Below are positions 30,101-38,068 of a DNA stretch of 64,000 bases, piece by piece (position 1 is the stretch's first letter; each line of letters starts with the position of its first letter). Location: the IMG/VR virus record IMGVR_UViG_3300027969_000040, one strand, 5' to 3'. The notes beneath the pieces were generated by a model. That model was not told the DNA's origin. It did no database searches and worked only from the letters and a program-made list of their open reading frames with translations. The stretch comes from a virus. Its lineage: Duplodnaviria > Caudoviricetes. The translations under genes and the position numbers were made by a program.

Positions 30101-32268
30101 GACTTTTAGTTAGTAAAGATATTAATAACGGAAATAGATGGGCAATTTATTATAAACGTGTAGGTGTTAATCCTGCACCATCATTAATAAAAATTCAATC
30201 TTATAATACAACTAATTTTTGGAATTTTACAGATTGGTATTCCGAAGAGCACAGCAGTGACACACTAGTAATTACCAAAACTTTTGATAACTACAACTTG
30301 ACGTATACTGATAGTTTTAATGTAGGTGATATTGTTAAGATCAATGACAACGGAAAAGGTAAATTTTCAATCTATAGATTCAATGAAAATAATATTCTTG
30401 AGTTAATAGCAATTGAATCGGGCACTATTCAAATATCTTCTAAATTCTGGAATACATCAGGATTTGATCATGAGGGTATGGACTTCTTATCCTACGATTA
30501 CAGTTACTTTGATGAATTACGTTATATATTTAAAGGTATCAAAGAAGATATTTTTGTAAAAGATTTAGAAATTTATTACAATCAATTTTTATTTTATGTA
30601 ATTGAATATGTGCTGTCAGAACAAAGATATGTAGACTGGATTTTTAAAACTAGTTTTATATCGGTAATTCACGAACTGCAAGGATTGGTACAATTACCTT
30701 CGTATGTTAAAGATCGACAAGCACTGTACGAACAATATATCAATGAAGTTAAACCTTACAGAACAAAAATCAGAGAATACATATTAAAATATTCTAATTT
30801 AGAAACATTGGACACAAATACTGTAACTGACTTTGACTTGCCATCATATTATGACTTTGAATTAGAAAAATTCCGTAGTCCCAATGGAGAGTTTCCATCA
30901 AAGGATGCAGCACTATTAGCAACCAAACCGGAATATCAAGATTGGAATAACCATCACGGATATTCAATTGGCTCAATTGAAATAGCAAATGCAGGTGTTG
31001 GTTACATTTCTAATGGACAAGTCGTAACACCTGACATATCTATAATTCCCACCGATGAAACAGGATACGGCGCCAATGCTACCGTAGTAATAGATCAAAG
31101 AATTGCTGGTGCAATATCATCTGTTAATATTACAACTCCTGGGGATTTTTATACTACCACCCCGCTAATAGTTGTTAGTGGAGTGGGTGCAACTCAAATG
31201 AGTAGATATCAAGCTGGACAGCCAAAAGCTGCCAAATTGAGTCCAAGATTGTTGAATAAGAAAATAAGAAAAATTAATACTACAATAAAATTTGATAGAA
31301 TTTCTTACGAAACCCAAGTTCAACAGTGGATCCCAAATACTAACTATGATAGTGGTGTATATGTAACATATCGAGGACAGGGTTATATAACAAAATCAAA
31401 TATTGGAACATTAAATAAATTTGATAAAACTCAATTTACTAGTGTGTCGCCAACTGTATTTAATAATGCAAATGATCGAGTAACGGCATTTTATAATCCC
31501 ACTGCGTCAATGATACCAAACGTATTATCCAGACTAATGACCGGGTTGGATAGACCTACCCTGTCTGGAGAAAATGAAGTAGTAATTGATACAGCAATAC
31601 AGGGCGGCGGATTTACCGGAACCTCTATAGCAGCAGGAAGATTTGTGATAGGCAAGGCCTATATTATTATTAATATAGGTAATACTGATTTTACGCTATG
31701 CGGCGCATCGGCCAACAAAACAGGATTAAAATTTACAGCGACAGATGTAGGTGCCGGAACAGGATCGGCAACAATTGCATTATCCACCTCGGGGTATGGA
31801 ACAGAGTTTGGTATTGAGCCAGGTTCAATTACATTAACAGGTGGTGCTTTTGTTTATGAAACATTTAGTCATGCTCCGGAAGAAATGTTACCCGGCATAA
31901 CATTTGATGCTATAAGTATACGTGTTGTGGATGATAGCGGTGTAGGGTATAGAAGATTTACAAATATGAATGGAATAAAAACGGTATCAAACACCGCACC
32001 ACTAAGTTTAACCACACTTTCACAAGATTTATTAATCACAGACTTGACTATAACAGTGTCAGATGATACCAATCTTTTTGCGCCTAGTATTATTTCGATT
32101 ACGCCTGGTTTGATATTTATAAATGGCGAACTCATTGAATATTACACTAAGAGTAACAATGTTCTTGGACAATTGCGCCGAGGAGTGGGCGGAACTGGAA
32201 CACCCATGGTGCATTCATTGGGCGCCGTAGTTGAAAATGCCAATCTCCCTGGGTCGATGAGACTATAA
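21160..32268 (+). CDS. Giant baseplate wedge / structural protein (gp7-like position, 3702 aa) containing a YHYH-type domain
   Basis: Follows gp6; single long ORF; YHYH-type motifs near 27930-28760; C-terminal INGELIEY...LRRGVGGT...H..G..V. Confidence 0.7.
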   Translation: MATRKTLNLLPSIFRSDTNKKFLGATLDQLVSEPEISKFNGFIGRKFSPVNKPSDNFINEPTVSRENYQFEPAVVIKNTSDGVDLYADYQDLLEKIETHGGIIENHNRLFESEYYSFNPRIDMDKFINYTRYFWLPTGTDPVTVSAGTPGDDRTFVINRNDEGGYSTINQDNTPNPTITLVRGGVYKFNVNQVGSNFWIQTEVGTDGFKDFNQTISTRNIIGVTNNGTNSGTITFTVPERDSQDYYFKMPLLGFIDYAIGDPFSTIDGQFWVNGNNALSQIEGSPAYPQEYYVVFTSTSTNPDDWIDYTGNIVPIDKRHGLWQITINQNSKIQMVFIRSIPLSYKIRINYGTNAGKEFFKNSEDNLVLSPPITAPLSTLFYQDELNESIIGRINIVDFPGDGINVTTDILGKKTYTSPNGVVFTNGLTVVFDSSVFPNSYRNIKYIIEGVGKSIKLIDIALLESVESVDTTSMVPFDNEPFDTVGLDQPIPISVAIRDYILMNRSTTDLNAWARGNRWFHEDAIAKAAEYNKKTLKIDPNKRANRPIIEFEEDLQLFNSGKNLLAIIDRADTNFIGTGEKILSAYADVNDKYVNDPSIKRLNYIEGQVVIFPNDISSNVRNALFRIEFKSQNTATSFNGTGTGYVVIRAGTTRVYEKIIDGNRTTFRDQYIPGTLLYTIDNTYIGKIKSIFSNNEMILESPAMASYTEIVVKFNYPKIVLRKIKTAVNNDSVVIRTGLNEKNTFWLNAGVWVYGQLKTGLHTPIKFDVVDSDGISLASPSKYTESKFAGTTIFSYDIGTSSTIDPILGFKLRYTGVGNSISDINFVNSFETDTFTYKPYDYKTLNISSIGYLSKRTGRNTYSLLTVWQSISEPTKQYQHISETSDGLTNYFEIDVLPDVAVIQPNIKVFVNNTLIKNNEFVVETVGVRHAANILTTVLADDKIDILVYSKNSISDLGYYQIPSNLEFNAQNYSITNITLGQFRGHWDAIGKNTIGLIGNPISSNNLRDLNTNAQPGLILQHSSPLIYASLFLIDPYLNFINSIELARSEYSKFKNKFLELCVNTPNLPRNNTPAGVDAILKIINGVKNQTFPWHYSDMIPWGTDVVVDTYKIINTQTRIYTLNNIYLSSIGDRMYPKNGPSNCAVLVYINNRLLTIDVEYTITNGNPYINFTDAVTLHEDDLLVIKGYKNTDGSYIPETPTKMGMYPKFVPGKFLDSSFRTPINVIQGHDGSRIPIFNDLRDDYLLELEKRIFNNIKVEYNPELFDVFAFVPGKFRNNDYTRLEFNEVLNSDFLKWIGTNQLDIGSNEYFLSNNEFSWNYNQTTDSVNDEKLPGYWKGVYQYYYDTCRPHTHPWEMLGIQSKPIWWETTYGAAPYTNTNTQMWTDLTYGYNRGDRITNTKYARPGLMKIIPVSATGELLSPLTSLVKKYNGTTFNQSYAIGDQGPVESAWRNTSEYVFSLHRAIALLKPAKYFGLFFNTSSYIKDSAINQFVLKSNKKRITPDSLLINGEMVADTITRSSSYVNWIHGYLTNLGINAAQKIRTTINNLDIRLGYRMSGYSDKSYFTALVEQYSPTSVNQSAIIPPENYIVHLNKSSPIRTATYSGVIISKTTGGYVINGYNLKVPYFTVIPSLINGNFYKIEVVNVSAVIYKDYVDEKVNVPYGFEFGSSQELVDFLIGYERFLMSQGFIFEGYDSDLGEVKSWALSAKEFLGWTLQGWTEGNVLVLSPVHYTLQLFSTDSVVDTVIGQTSNTQVLGPNFNVIKADEITVLKEPGRTTVTIISGQTIAYMELHLVQYEHVLIFDNSTVFADIIYKPELGSRQYRLKLIGAKTTNWDGSLNIPGFIYNTGKIEQWTPGRDYKKADIIQYKKQNYTAIANISGADTFNHDVWSITDRSIVAGLVPNFSQNAAKFDTIYSLDTPNINSYFAGFSNGLTGYRSRQYLEDLGMDQIAQSKFYQGYIKDKGTFNSISALFKAQLDNTINNVEIFEEWGLRVGEYGANKTNQSIELILYEQAFRDSPAVFTVINGTEIPPPRVKFFRPNALLSRGIDFKLPLFSNRPMNEYFETDIKTAGYISIDDIDSMMFDFNDYKDLNLTILADLINGYKLWVAKDFNKDWQVYKVVEVDNLVLGISYGLDNKAVFTTLYDHGLQIADMIAVRDLNSTYDGFYQVLNVEEPNTFVCIIPDELVSAIQSVPAYGAGTLFLLQKSRYKTTELRESKVTKSIWEAGDLVWIDEDNGPSWAAYTFVRSDPGNFSGTYNFWGIDKGSIIFRSSGLPYHKFGNIQLDVTAVKQNYNRVWPIYAGVNIPATFVIDTGSGIIGFCLNGVPIYGSIEADFTAPPGYNTPGGFNYNLSYSDYDSFMIDAAGGTTTLNGEYFYRSFTFAQAWNTGIGGNDTRVDVEYKSEILSIAYLGGGLTHPNGHSKILGFAIDGYPIYGPYGHSNPSNIRTPIIRMTSGYVLKDPAYRAPTEACDLNMYPMGMFAQDYEFTQDGTLDEHNGRYCITPDYPNGTYAYFATVNNSGPTYPYFIGPTFYGDVSSVGNSLIPGPGVKPIIFDDQINTVWNLYKRQEPSVDFNSMRGMHLVDTVNKNILVKLDIIDPAKGRVLGIAQADIDFITSLDPAFYNNGTDDFLAIDSEFNWGEQQIGSVWWDLEAVRYYDYEQGPIEYRAENWGKTFTGSNIFIYEWVSSDVLPSMYVSSGLDGIPKYADDSGYSTLYYVDDITMTVKTKYYYWVRAKTSIGKNSKLHSVLSLEQIIADPGKQSIPYAALLDNKTIALFNIGKYLLEDRIALHIDYSLSRNENILHSEFELFQQGNKHAIMNPRIEKKIIDSLVGVDENRNLVPDPSLLPADRLGVSNRPIQSVIANRLVALENIIGFINQILLKYPVASRLIDKETVHSDNFYASEPYPAETEYDSIVDRFIELDYLFEIYPTDLVIGKEYIIAQVSNTNFVALGASANEIGIRFKATGTGTGLGTAFYSRLLVSKDINNGNRWAIYYKRVGVNPAPSLIKIQSYNTTNFWNFTDWYSEEHSSDTLVITKTFDNYNLTYTDSFNVGDIVKINDNGKGKFSIYRFNENNILELIAIESGTIQISSKFWNTSGFDHEGMDFLSYDYSYFDELRYIFKGIKEDIFVKDLEIYYNQFLFYVIEYVLSEQRYVDWIFKTSFISVIHELQGLVQLPSYVKDRQALYEQYINEVKPYRTKIREYILKYSNLETLDTNTVTDFDLPSYYDFELEKFRSPNGEFPSKDAALLATKPEYQDWNNHHGYSIGSIEIANAGVGYISNGQVVTPDISIIPTDETGYGANATVVIDQRIAGAISSVNITTPGDFYTTTPLIVVSGVGATQMSRYQAGQPKAAKLSPRLLNKKIRKINTTIKFDRISYETQVQQWIPNTNYDSGVYVTYRGQGYITKSNIGTLNKFDKTQFTSVSPTVFNNANDRVTAFYNPTASMIPNVLSRLMTGLDRPTLSGENEVVIDTAIQGGGFTGTSIAAGRFVIGKAYIIINIGNTDFTLCGASANKTGLKFTATDVGAGTGSATIALSTSGYGTEFGIEPGSITLTGGAFVYETFSHAPEEMLPGITFDAISIRVVDDSGVGYRRFTNMNGIKTVSNTAPLSLTTLSQDLLITDLTITVSDDTNLFAPSIISITPGLIFINGELIEYYTKSNNVLGQLRRGVGGTGTPMVHSLGAVVENANLPGSMRL

Positions 32269-32286
32269 TAAACCTGGAAAAATAAG

Positions 32287-32442
32287 ATGATAAATAATGA
32301 TAATAATCAGTTAGATCAAGATTCTTTAAAGGAATCCAAAAAAGTAGAAACACCGGACGAAGAGCCCGGTATAGCTGTGCAAGGGTTTTTAAAAATATTT
32401 GATCCAGAATCTGGAGAAGTTTTAACCCACGGTAGAGCTTAA
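32287..32442 (+). CDS. Small virion-associated protein (51 aa; MINNDNNQ...PGIAVQGFLKIFDPESGEVLTHGRA)
   Basis: Manual translation (below the ORF track cut-off); resembles the N-terminus of the next gene. Confidence 0.6.
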   Translation: MINNDNNQLDQDSLKESKKVETPDEEPGIAVQGFLKIFDPESGEVLTHGRA

Positions 32443-32457
32443 TAAATTTAAAGGATA

Positions 32458-33087
32458 ATGATGCAATCACACGAAACAATACAACCAGGAATACAAGGTT
32501 TTATTAAAATATCCGATGTTTCGGATAGTTCTCGCCCTATTATTTTAGTTGAAAAGAAAAATGCAATACATTATGAAAATATCAGTGAAGCATTAGCAAT
32601 GGGTTTGGCTAATAAATCTAGTAATTTCATATATGAAATGCATTTTGGAAATGGTGGGACTACAGTAGACCAGACTGGTATCATAAACTATTTGCCACCA
32701 AATGTTAATACACAAAATTCCAACTTATATTCCCCTACTTTTTTTAAAACAGTAGACGATACAAATGAAACAAACACCGACCCAATCAGGAACAAACTCG
32801 AAGTTCGTCATATTCCGGGCACAGTATATTCTGACATTCTGGTAACTTGTCTCTTAGACTACGGCGAACCAGCTGGGCAATTAGCATTTGACAATAGTCC
32901 TTACAGTGAAGATACCTTTGTGTTTGACGAGTTGGGACTTAAAGGGTGGAGCGCAACTGGTGCAGGATTGGGAAAGTTACTAACACATGTTATTTTTCAC
33001 CCAGTCCAAAAAAGTTTAAATCGATTAATTCAAATTGAATATACAGTAAGAATACAATCGCTAACTAATTTAACAGGATTAGCATAA
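32458..33087 (+). CDS. Conserved virion structural protein
   Basis: KNAIHYEN...FGNGGT.VD.TG.I.YLPPN...LDYGEP.GQ.AFD...FVFDELGL...IFHPVQKSLNRLIQI.YTVRI; inside the tail operon. Confidence 0.7.
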   Translation: MMQSHETIQPGIQGFIKISDVSDSSRPIILVEKKNAIHYENISEALAMGLANKSSNFIYEMHFGNGGTTVDQTGIINYLPPNVNTQNSNLYSPTFFKTVDDTNETNTDPIRNKLEVRHIPGTVYSDILVTCLLDYGEPAGQLAFDNSPYSEDTFVFDELGLKGWSATGAGLGKLLTHVIFHPVQKSLNRLIQIEYTVRIQSLTNLTGLA

Positions 33088-33138
33088 TGATATATCTAAA
33101 TAAATGGGTAAATACTAGTAACTCGGAGTTAAAGTTTT

Positions 33139-34350
33139 ATGGCATATAATATATACAAATCAAATGGCGATTTGTTATCTATCGTCGACGACGGCTTTGC
33201 CGATATAAATTCTGCTAGTGTTGCATTAATAGGAAAAAATTTCCCAGGGTATGGTCAATACTTTAATGAAAATTTTATTCGCTTAACAGAAAATTTTTCT
33301 AGTGATAACGCACCAGACAATCAATTGACTGGGCAACTCTGGTATCAAACTAGTACTAGTCAGTTAAAGATATGGAACTCAACTGAATGGGTGTCTGCCG
33401 GTAAGCCAAATATTGTCAATGACAATGCCAGTACCAATAGGCATTTTATAACGTTTGTTGATAGTTTTGGAGGAACTCCGGATTTTAAAGTTGCGGCAAA
33501 TAGAGGTATAACTTTTATACCAAGTTATGGTTTTTTTGGAATTGGCGTAGAAAATCCAATGTCCAAATTAACAATTAGTACCAATATTGGCGGCGCACTA
33601 GCAAGCCCTTCACCAAATACAAATACTTCGGTGCATACATTAGGCGATAATGGAAAAGATAATGTAGTTATCATTGAAAGTTATGGTGGTAATGGCCCAA
33701 CATATAATATTGGTAATTCTCCTGTTTTAGCAATGCGTAGAAATAACGGAACTGGTGCCGGCAGAGAAGCAGTTAGAGCCTCTGACGTAATTGGTCGCCT
33801 AGTAGGACAAGGATACAACGGAACTTCCGCAACTACAGCCAGAGTTGGTATTAACTTTGAGTCTCCTGAAAATTGGAGCGCAACTTCTACCCCTACCAGG
33901 ATAGTATTCTATACAACACCAACTGGTACTATAACATCAGCAAACGCAATGGGTATATTAAGTAACCGTACAGTGGAATGTTATGGTAATGTATCAATCC
34001 AACAAAATCTGACTACAACCGGGTTTATCAGAGCCGGCGGTGACGTAACAGCATACTATACATCCGACGAAAGACTTAAAACAAATATTTTACCTATAGA
34101 CAATGCATTGGCTAAAACTATGTCATTAAATGGTGTTACATTCAATTGGAACGACTTAGCAACAGATAAAGATTTAACTGTTAGAGAAGCTGGACTAATT
34201 GCACAAGATTTGTTAAAGATATTACCCGAAGCAGTCACAGAAAGAGACAATGGATACTTAGCAGTTCAATATGAAAAAATAATTCCGTTATTAGTTGAAG
34301 CTATTAAAGAACTTTCAGCTGAAATTAATGCTCTTAAAAAAACTGTTTAA
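33139..34350 (+). CDS. Tail fibre protein with C-terminal peptidase S74 intramolecular chaperone
   Basis: N-terminal MAYNI...LIGKN..GYG...NENFIRL.ENF..P...GQLWY baseplate-binding module; C-terminal SDERLKTNI...GLIAQ...LPEAV...Y..IIPLLVEAIKEL. Confidence 0.9.
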   Translation: MAYNIYKSNGDLLSIVDDGFADINSASVALIGKNFPGYGQYFNENFIRLTENFSSDNAPDNQLTGQLWYQTSTSQLKIWNSTEWVSAGKPNIVNDNASTNRHFITFVDSFGGTPDFKVAANRGITFIPSYGFFGIGVENPMSKLTISTNIGGALASPSPNTNTSVHTLGDNGKDNVVIIESYGGNGPTYNIGNSPVLAMRRNNGTGAGREAVRASDVIGRLVGQGYNGTSATTARVGINFESPENWSATSTPTRIVFYTTPTGTITSANAMGILSNRTVECYGNVSIQQNLTTTGFIRAGGDVTAYYTSDERLKTNILPIDNALAKTMSLNGVTFNWNDLATDKDLTVREAGLIAQDLLKILPEAVTERDNGYLAVQYEKIIPLLVEAIKELSAEINALKKTV

Positions 34351-34371
34351 AATTAAAATTGGAATACTAGA

Positions 34372-37300
34372 GTGACTATACAATCTTGGACTACTGAACC
34401 TTTAACATCATTGTCGTTGAGCGAGGTTCAACGAGAGTTTGGCGGAGTTAATCCGATTAGCATGAGCGAGTATCGGGCAACAACAGTTGGCTATGTTGGA
34501 ATTGGAAGGACTGGGTATCCGTTTGGACAAGAAGTAGAAATCCCCGGTCTTGGATATTCAATTTCAATTAGTAATTTTTACGGATCAAGTTCTGTTCCGT
34601 ATGCTATATATCCGCAAAAAGTTTCGTTTAACGAAGGCGAAACAATGACATTTACTGTTACTGCCCCAGTTAGTAACGGAACAAAATTGTATTGGACTTT
34701 TGATGATGTAACTGTAAATGTTGTTGTATCACCAGCCACGCTTGATATTGGATACAAAGATGTAGCATACAGTGTTCAGCTAGTAGGATCGGGCGGTATT
34801 GGAAACTATAGATACGCCATTGGAAGAGGATCGTTGCCGTCGGGCTTGACTTTGTTCACCGGAAATGGGTTAATAGCAGGCAGACCAACAGTTACAGAAA
34901 GTAAAACATTTCTTATAAACACATTTGATACTGAGTTTAATTCAAATGCATTTTTATATACTATAAGAATTGACGAAGTGTTAATTTCTATACTACCAAC
35001 TAGTTTTACCGCTGCTAGCAAAAATGTACCTTTTACATATTCTATTAATGTGTCCGGCGGTGCAACACCGTATATAATTACAGTAGATAGTGGTACTCTA
35101 CCTACAGGGGTGTTGTTAACGCCAATGACAGATACAAGGGCTGACCTGGGCGGAACTCCAAGTGTGCCTGGCACATACAATTTTGTAATTAAAGCGGTTG
35201 ATTCCAATGGTGCAACCAAAACTCGTGCATATTCTTTTGCTGTAAATGATGTTGGTATTAGTATTAACCCGGCAGCATTACCTGCCGGTGTTGTTAATAC
35301 TCCTTACAGCCAAATCGCATATGCATCAGGAGGTACAAGTCCGTATACATATACGTTAAATGCTGGGTCAGAATTACCTATAGGACTAACGTTGTCGGCT
35401 AACACAGGATTGATCAGCGGGTCTCCTACTATAGCAGGGTCAAGATCGTTTACAATAAGAGCAACAGATGTAAATACAAATTATGGTATTAAACCTTACA
35501 CAATAACCATTGGTGGTGCAAGTGTAGTTGTTTTACCTGGTGCAATTACTAATGTATTTAAAAATGTACCATTTAGTATGAACATAACTGGTGCAGGTGG
35601 TAGCGCACCGTACGTGTATTCTATTATATACGGATCTGTGCCAACTGGGCTAACTTTTTTCACTGGGAATGGGTATCTTGCGGGAACTCCTACTGTAACT
35701 GGCGCGTATGTTTTTGAAGTAAAAGCCACCGATGCAGTTACAAATTTTGCTACTAGACGTTACACTGTAATGTGTGTACAAGTTGTAATATTATTCGATC
35801 CACCATTCTTGCCAAGAGCCAAAACAAATGTACCTTATACTCAACCATTAATTGTGTCCGGGGGGCAATCGCCGTATTCTTTTGCTGTAACCGCAAATGC
35901 ATTACCGGCTGGAATTTCTTTAAGTAGTAATGGGATTATTTCTGGTACTCCCACTGCACCTGTTACGATCAATTCGTTTACAGTAACAGCAACAGATTAC
36001 AATAATAATACTAGCACAAAAGTATATGCACTACTAGTGGATCCTGTTGAAATAATTGTTCTGCCAGATCTTTTAACCGACGGGCTCACTTCTATACCTT
36101 ATTCTAGAAGTCTAGCATCATCGGGCGGAACTCCTCCCTACACTTATACAGTGGTGTCTGGTATTTTACCGCCTGGTATTACACTATCAAGTTCTGGTGT
36201 ATTGTCTGGAACACCCACTGTGGTTGATTTGTATAATTTTACTATACGATCAACTGATGCAAATACTAATTCATTGGTAAAAGCATATTCTTTAGCAGTA
36301 TTAACTAACCAATGGTCATTATCATTAATTGGTTATAGTGAAGGCGCAGTGTCGGGTTCCCCAATTACAGTCACTGAAGGTTCGGCACTAACTTACATAA
36401 TCAATTGGCCTACTAATGTACCAGAGATTGCACTATCACAATTAAGAATAGTCGGCCCTAAATTAACCGATGCGTCAGACGTTGAATTGGAAACAATTGA
36501 CGTGGTCACCGGTATATACAATTACGATGTTGGTTTTAGCAATGAATACAATATAACCGGAGCACCATTAAATTTAGCAAAATCAATCGGTAGCAGTTTT
36601 TATCTATCTAATAATTCTTTTTTCACATCAAACGGAATCAGATATGGTCTTTATAGAAAACCGGATGCCAATGGACTAAGCTATTGGGTTAGATATGCAC
36701 AAGATAATAATTTAGCCGTAAGTGATCAAGCCTTCATTGATGCTTTCTTTTTAAAAGCAGAATTAGGAACAGGGGCGCCTGGTACAATTCAAGATGGTAC
36801 TAGATGCTTAAACAATACAAAAACTTTGTCTGTTGGTTATTACGAAGGTACTGACTTTTTTGATAGACCCGATACCAATGGAAGATCAGGCATTGCTAGT
36901 ATACATATAGTTGCAGATCAATTATTAGAAGGTGCCGAATCTTTTAATGTTAAATTATTCTATAATAGCGCAGTGGTTTCTACATGGGGCGGAGTGAATG
37001 TATCTGATACATCAACTCCGCCACCACCCAGTATTATATTGAGTGATATTGCAACCACTGGTCAGAGAGGCGACTTATACGATAGTACCATTAGTGCAAC
37101 GGGCGGCACAAGTCCGTATACAATATCATTTATTGGGGGAGTAATACCAAATGGTCTTACACTAGGCCCCACAGGCAATTTATTTGGCCGACCATCTAGT
37201 ACAGGGACTTTTAGTTTTACGATACAAGTAATAGATACAGCAAATTATTCAGTCACTAGGATTTATACTATTAGCATTAGTGGTAAAACTTTAATACTAA

Positions 37301-38055
37301 CTCCAAGTTCTTTGCCTGATTTTTATCTAGTAGGTCCAAGTTTGTCTCCGTACTATAATTCACAATTAAGTACGTCGGGCGGCATAGGTGATTATACATA
37401 TCAGGTTGTTGCAGGAACTTTACCATACAACTTAACATTAACAGAACGTGGATTAATAACACCAAATGCCAATCCAGGGGTTGCTGCTACTTATACATTT
37501 ACTATAAGATCAACCGACTCATATGGTAATTCAATTGATCGTCAGTATTCTATTGTTGACCACGAAACAACAAATACGCCACCACCACCACCACCACCTA
37601 CTCCGGGACCAACGCCTCCGTATTACCCACCGTCGCCGTACACACCTGCCAATAGATTAACAATAAACGGGTCTGTCAGACTAACTGCCGCATATACTTA
37701 TGTAAATGAATCAGGGGTGGCACCAAGAGTTGGAGTATTTTGGACTGCTGGGCACAATACAGTGCCTTACACGTATCGTATTGTAAATCCACCGAGTGAA
37801 ATTACATGGACTATATCACAAGGAAATTTACCCCCTGGATATGAATTAGTACCGTCAGGATTTGGGGCAGTTGTAATACAAGGAATAGCAAATACAACAA
37901 CATATTGCCAATATGGTGATTGTACTCCTGGTAATTTGGTATACAGTCCTAATAACCCTCCTACATTTACTATAAGAGCAACCGCCGCAAATGGTGATTA
38001 TGGAACTCTAGTAGATGGAATATTTGTGTTTAAAACTAACGGATTCCCCTCTTAA
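34372..38055 (+). CDS. Ig-like (He_PIG) repeat tail fibre / adhesin, 1227 aa
   Basis: GTG start; SLSEVQREFGG.NPISMSEY N-terminus; multiple GG..PY.Y....G.LP.GL.L...G...G.P repeats; Pro-rich C-terminal linker. Confidence 0.85.
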   Translation: MTIQSWTTEPLTSLSLSEVQREFGGVNPISMSEYRATTVGYVGIGRTGYPFGQEVEIPGLGYSISISNFYGSSSVPYAIYPQKVSFNEGETMTFTVTAPVSNGTKLYWTFDDVTVNVVVSPATLDIGYKDVAYSVQLVGSGGIGNYRYAIGRGSLPSGLTLFTGNGLIAGRPTVTESKTFLINTFDTEFNSNAFLYTIRIDEVLISILPTSFTAASKNVPFTYSINVSGGATPYIITVDSGTLPTGVLLTPMTDTRADLGGTPSVPGTYNFVIKAVDSNGATKTRAYSFAVNDVGISINPAALPAGVVNTPYSQIAYASGGTSPYTYTLNAGSELPIGLTLSANTGLISGSPTIAGSRSFTIRATDVNTNYGIKPYTITIGGASVVVLPGAITNVFKNVPFSMNITGAGGSAPYVYSIIYGSVPTGLTFFTGNGYLAGTPTVTGAYVFEVKATDAVTNFATRRYTVMCVQVVILFDPPFLPRAKTNVPYTQPLIVSGGQSPYSFAVTANALPAGISLSSNGIISGTPTAPVTINSFTVTATDYNNNTSTKVYALLVDPVEIIVLPDLLTDGLTSIPYSRSLASSGGTPPYTYTVVSGILPPGITLSSSGVLSGTPTVVDLYNFTIRSTDANTNSLVKAYSLAVLTNQWSLSLIGYSEGAVSGSPITVTEGSALTYIINWPTNVPEIALSQLRIVGPKLTDASDVELETIDVVTGIYNYDVGFSNEYNITGAPLNLAKSIGSSFYLSNNSFFTSNGIRYGLYRKPDANGLSYWVRYAQDNNLAVSDQAFIDAFFLKAELGTGAPGTIQDGTRCLNNTKTLSVGYYEGTDFFDRPDTNGRSGIASIHIVADQLLEGAESFNVKLFYNSAVVSTWGGVNVSDTSTPPPPSIILSDIATTGQRGDLYDSTISATGGTSPYTISFIGGVIPNGLTLGPTGNLFGRPSSTGTFSFTIQVIDTANYSVTRIYTISISGKTLILTPSSLPDFYLVGPSLSPYYNSQLSTSGGIGDYTYQVVAGTLPYNLTLTERGLITPNANPGVAATYTFTIRSTDSYGNSIDRQYSIVDHETTNTPPPPPPPTPGPTPPYYPPSPYTPANRLTINGSVRLTAAYTYVNESGVAPRVGVFWTAGHNTVPYTYRIVNPPSEITWTISQGNLPPGYELVPSGFGAVVIQGIANTTTYCQYGDCTPGNLVYSPNNPPTFTIRATAANGDYGTLVDGIFVFKTNGFPS

Positions 38056-38068
38056 TAAATAATTGATT

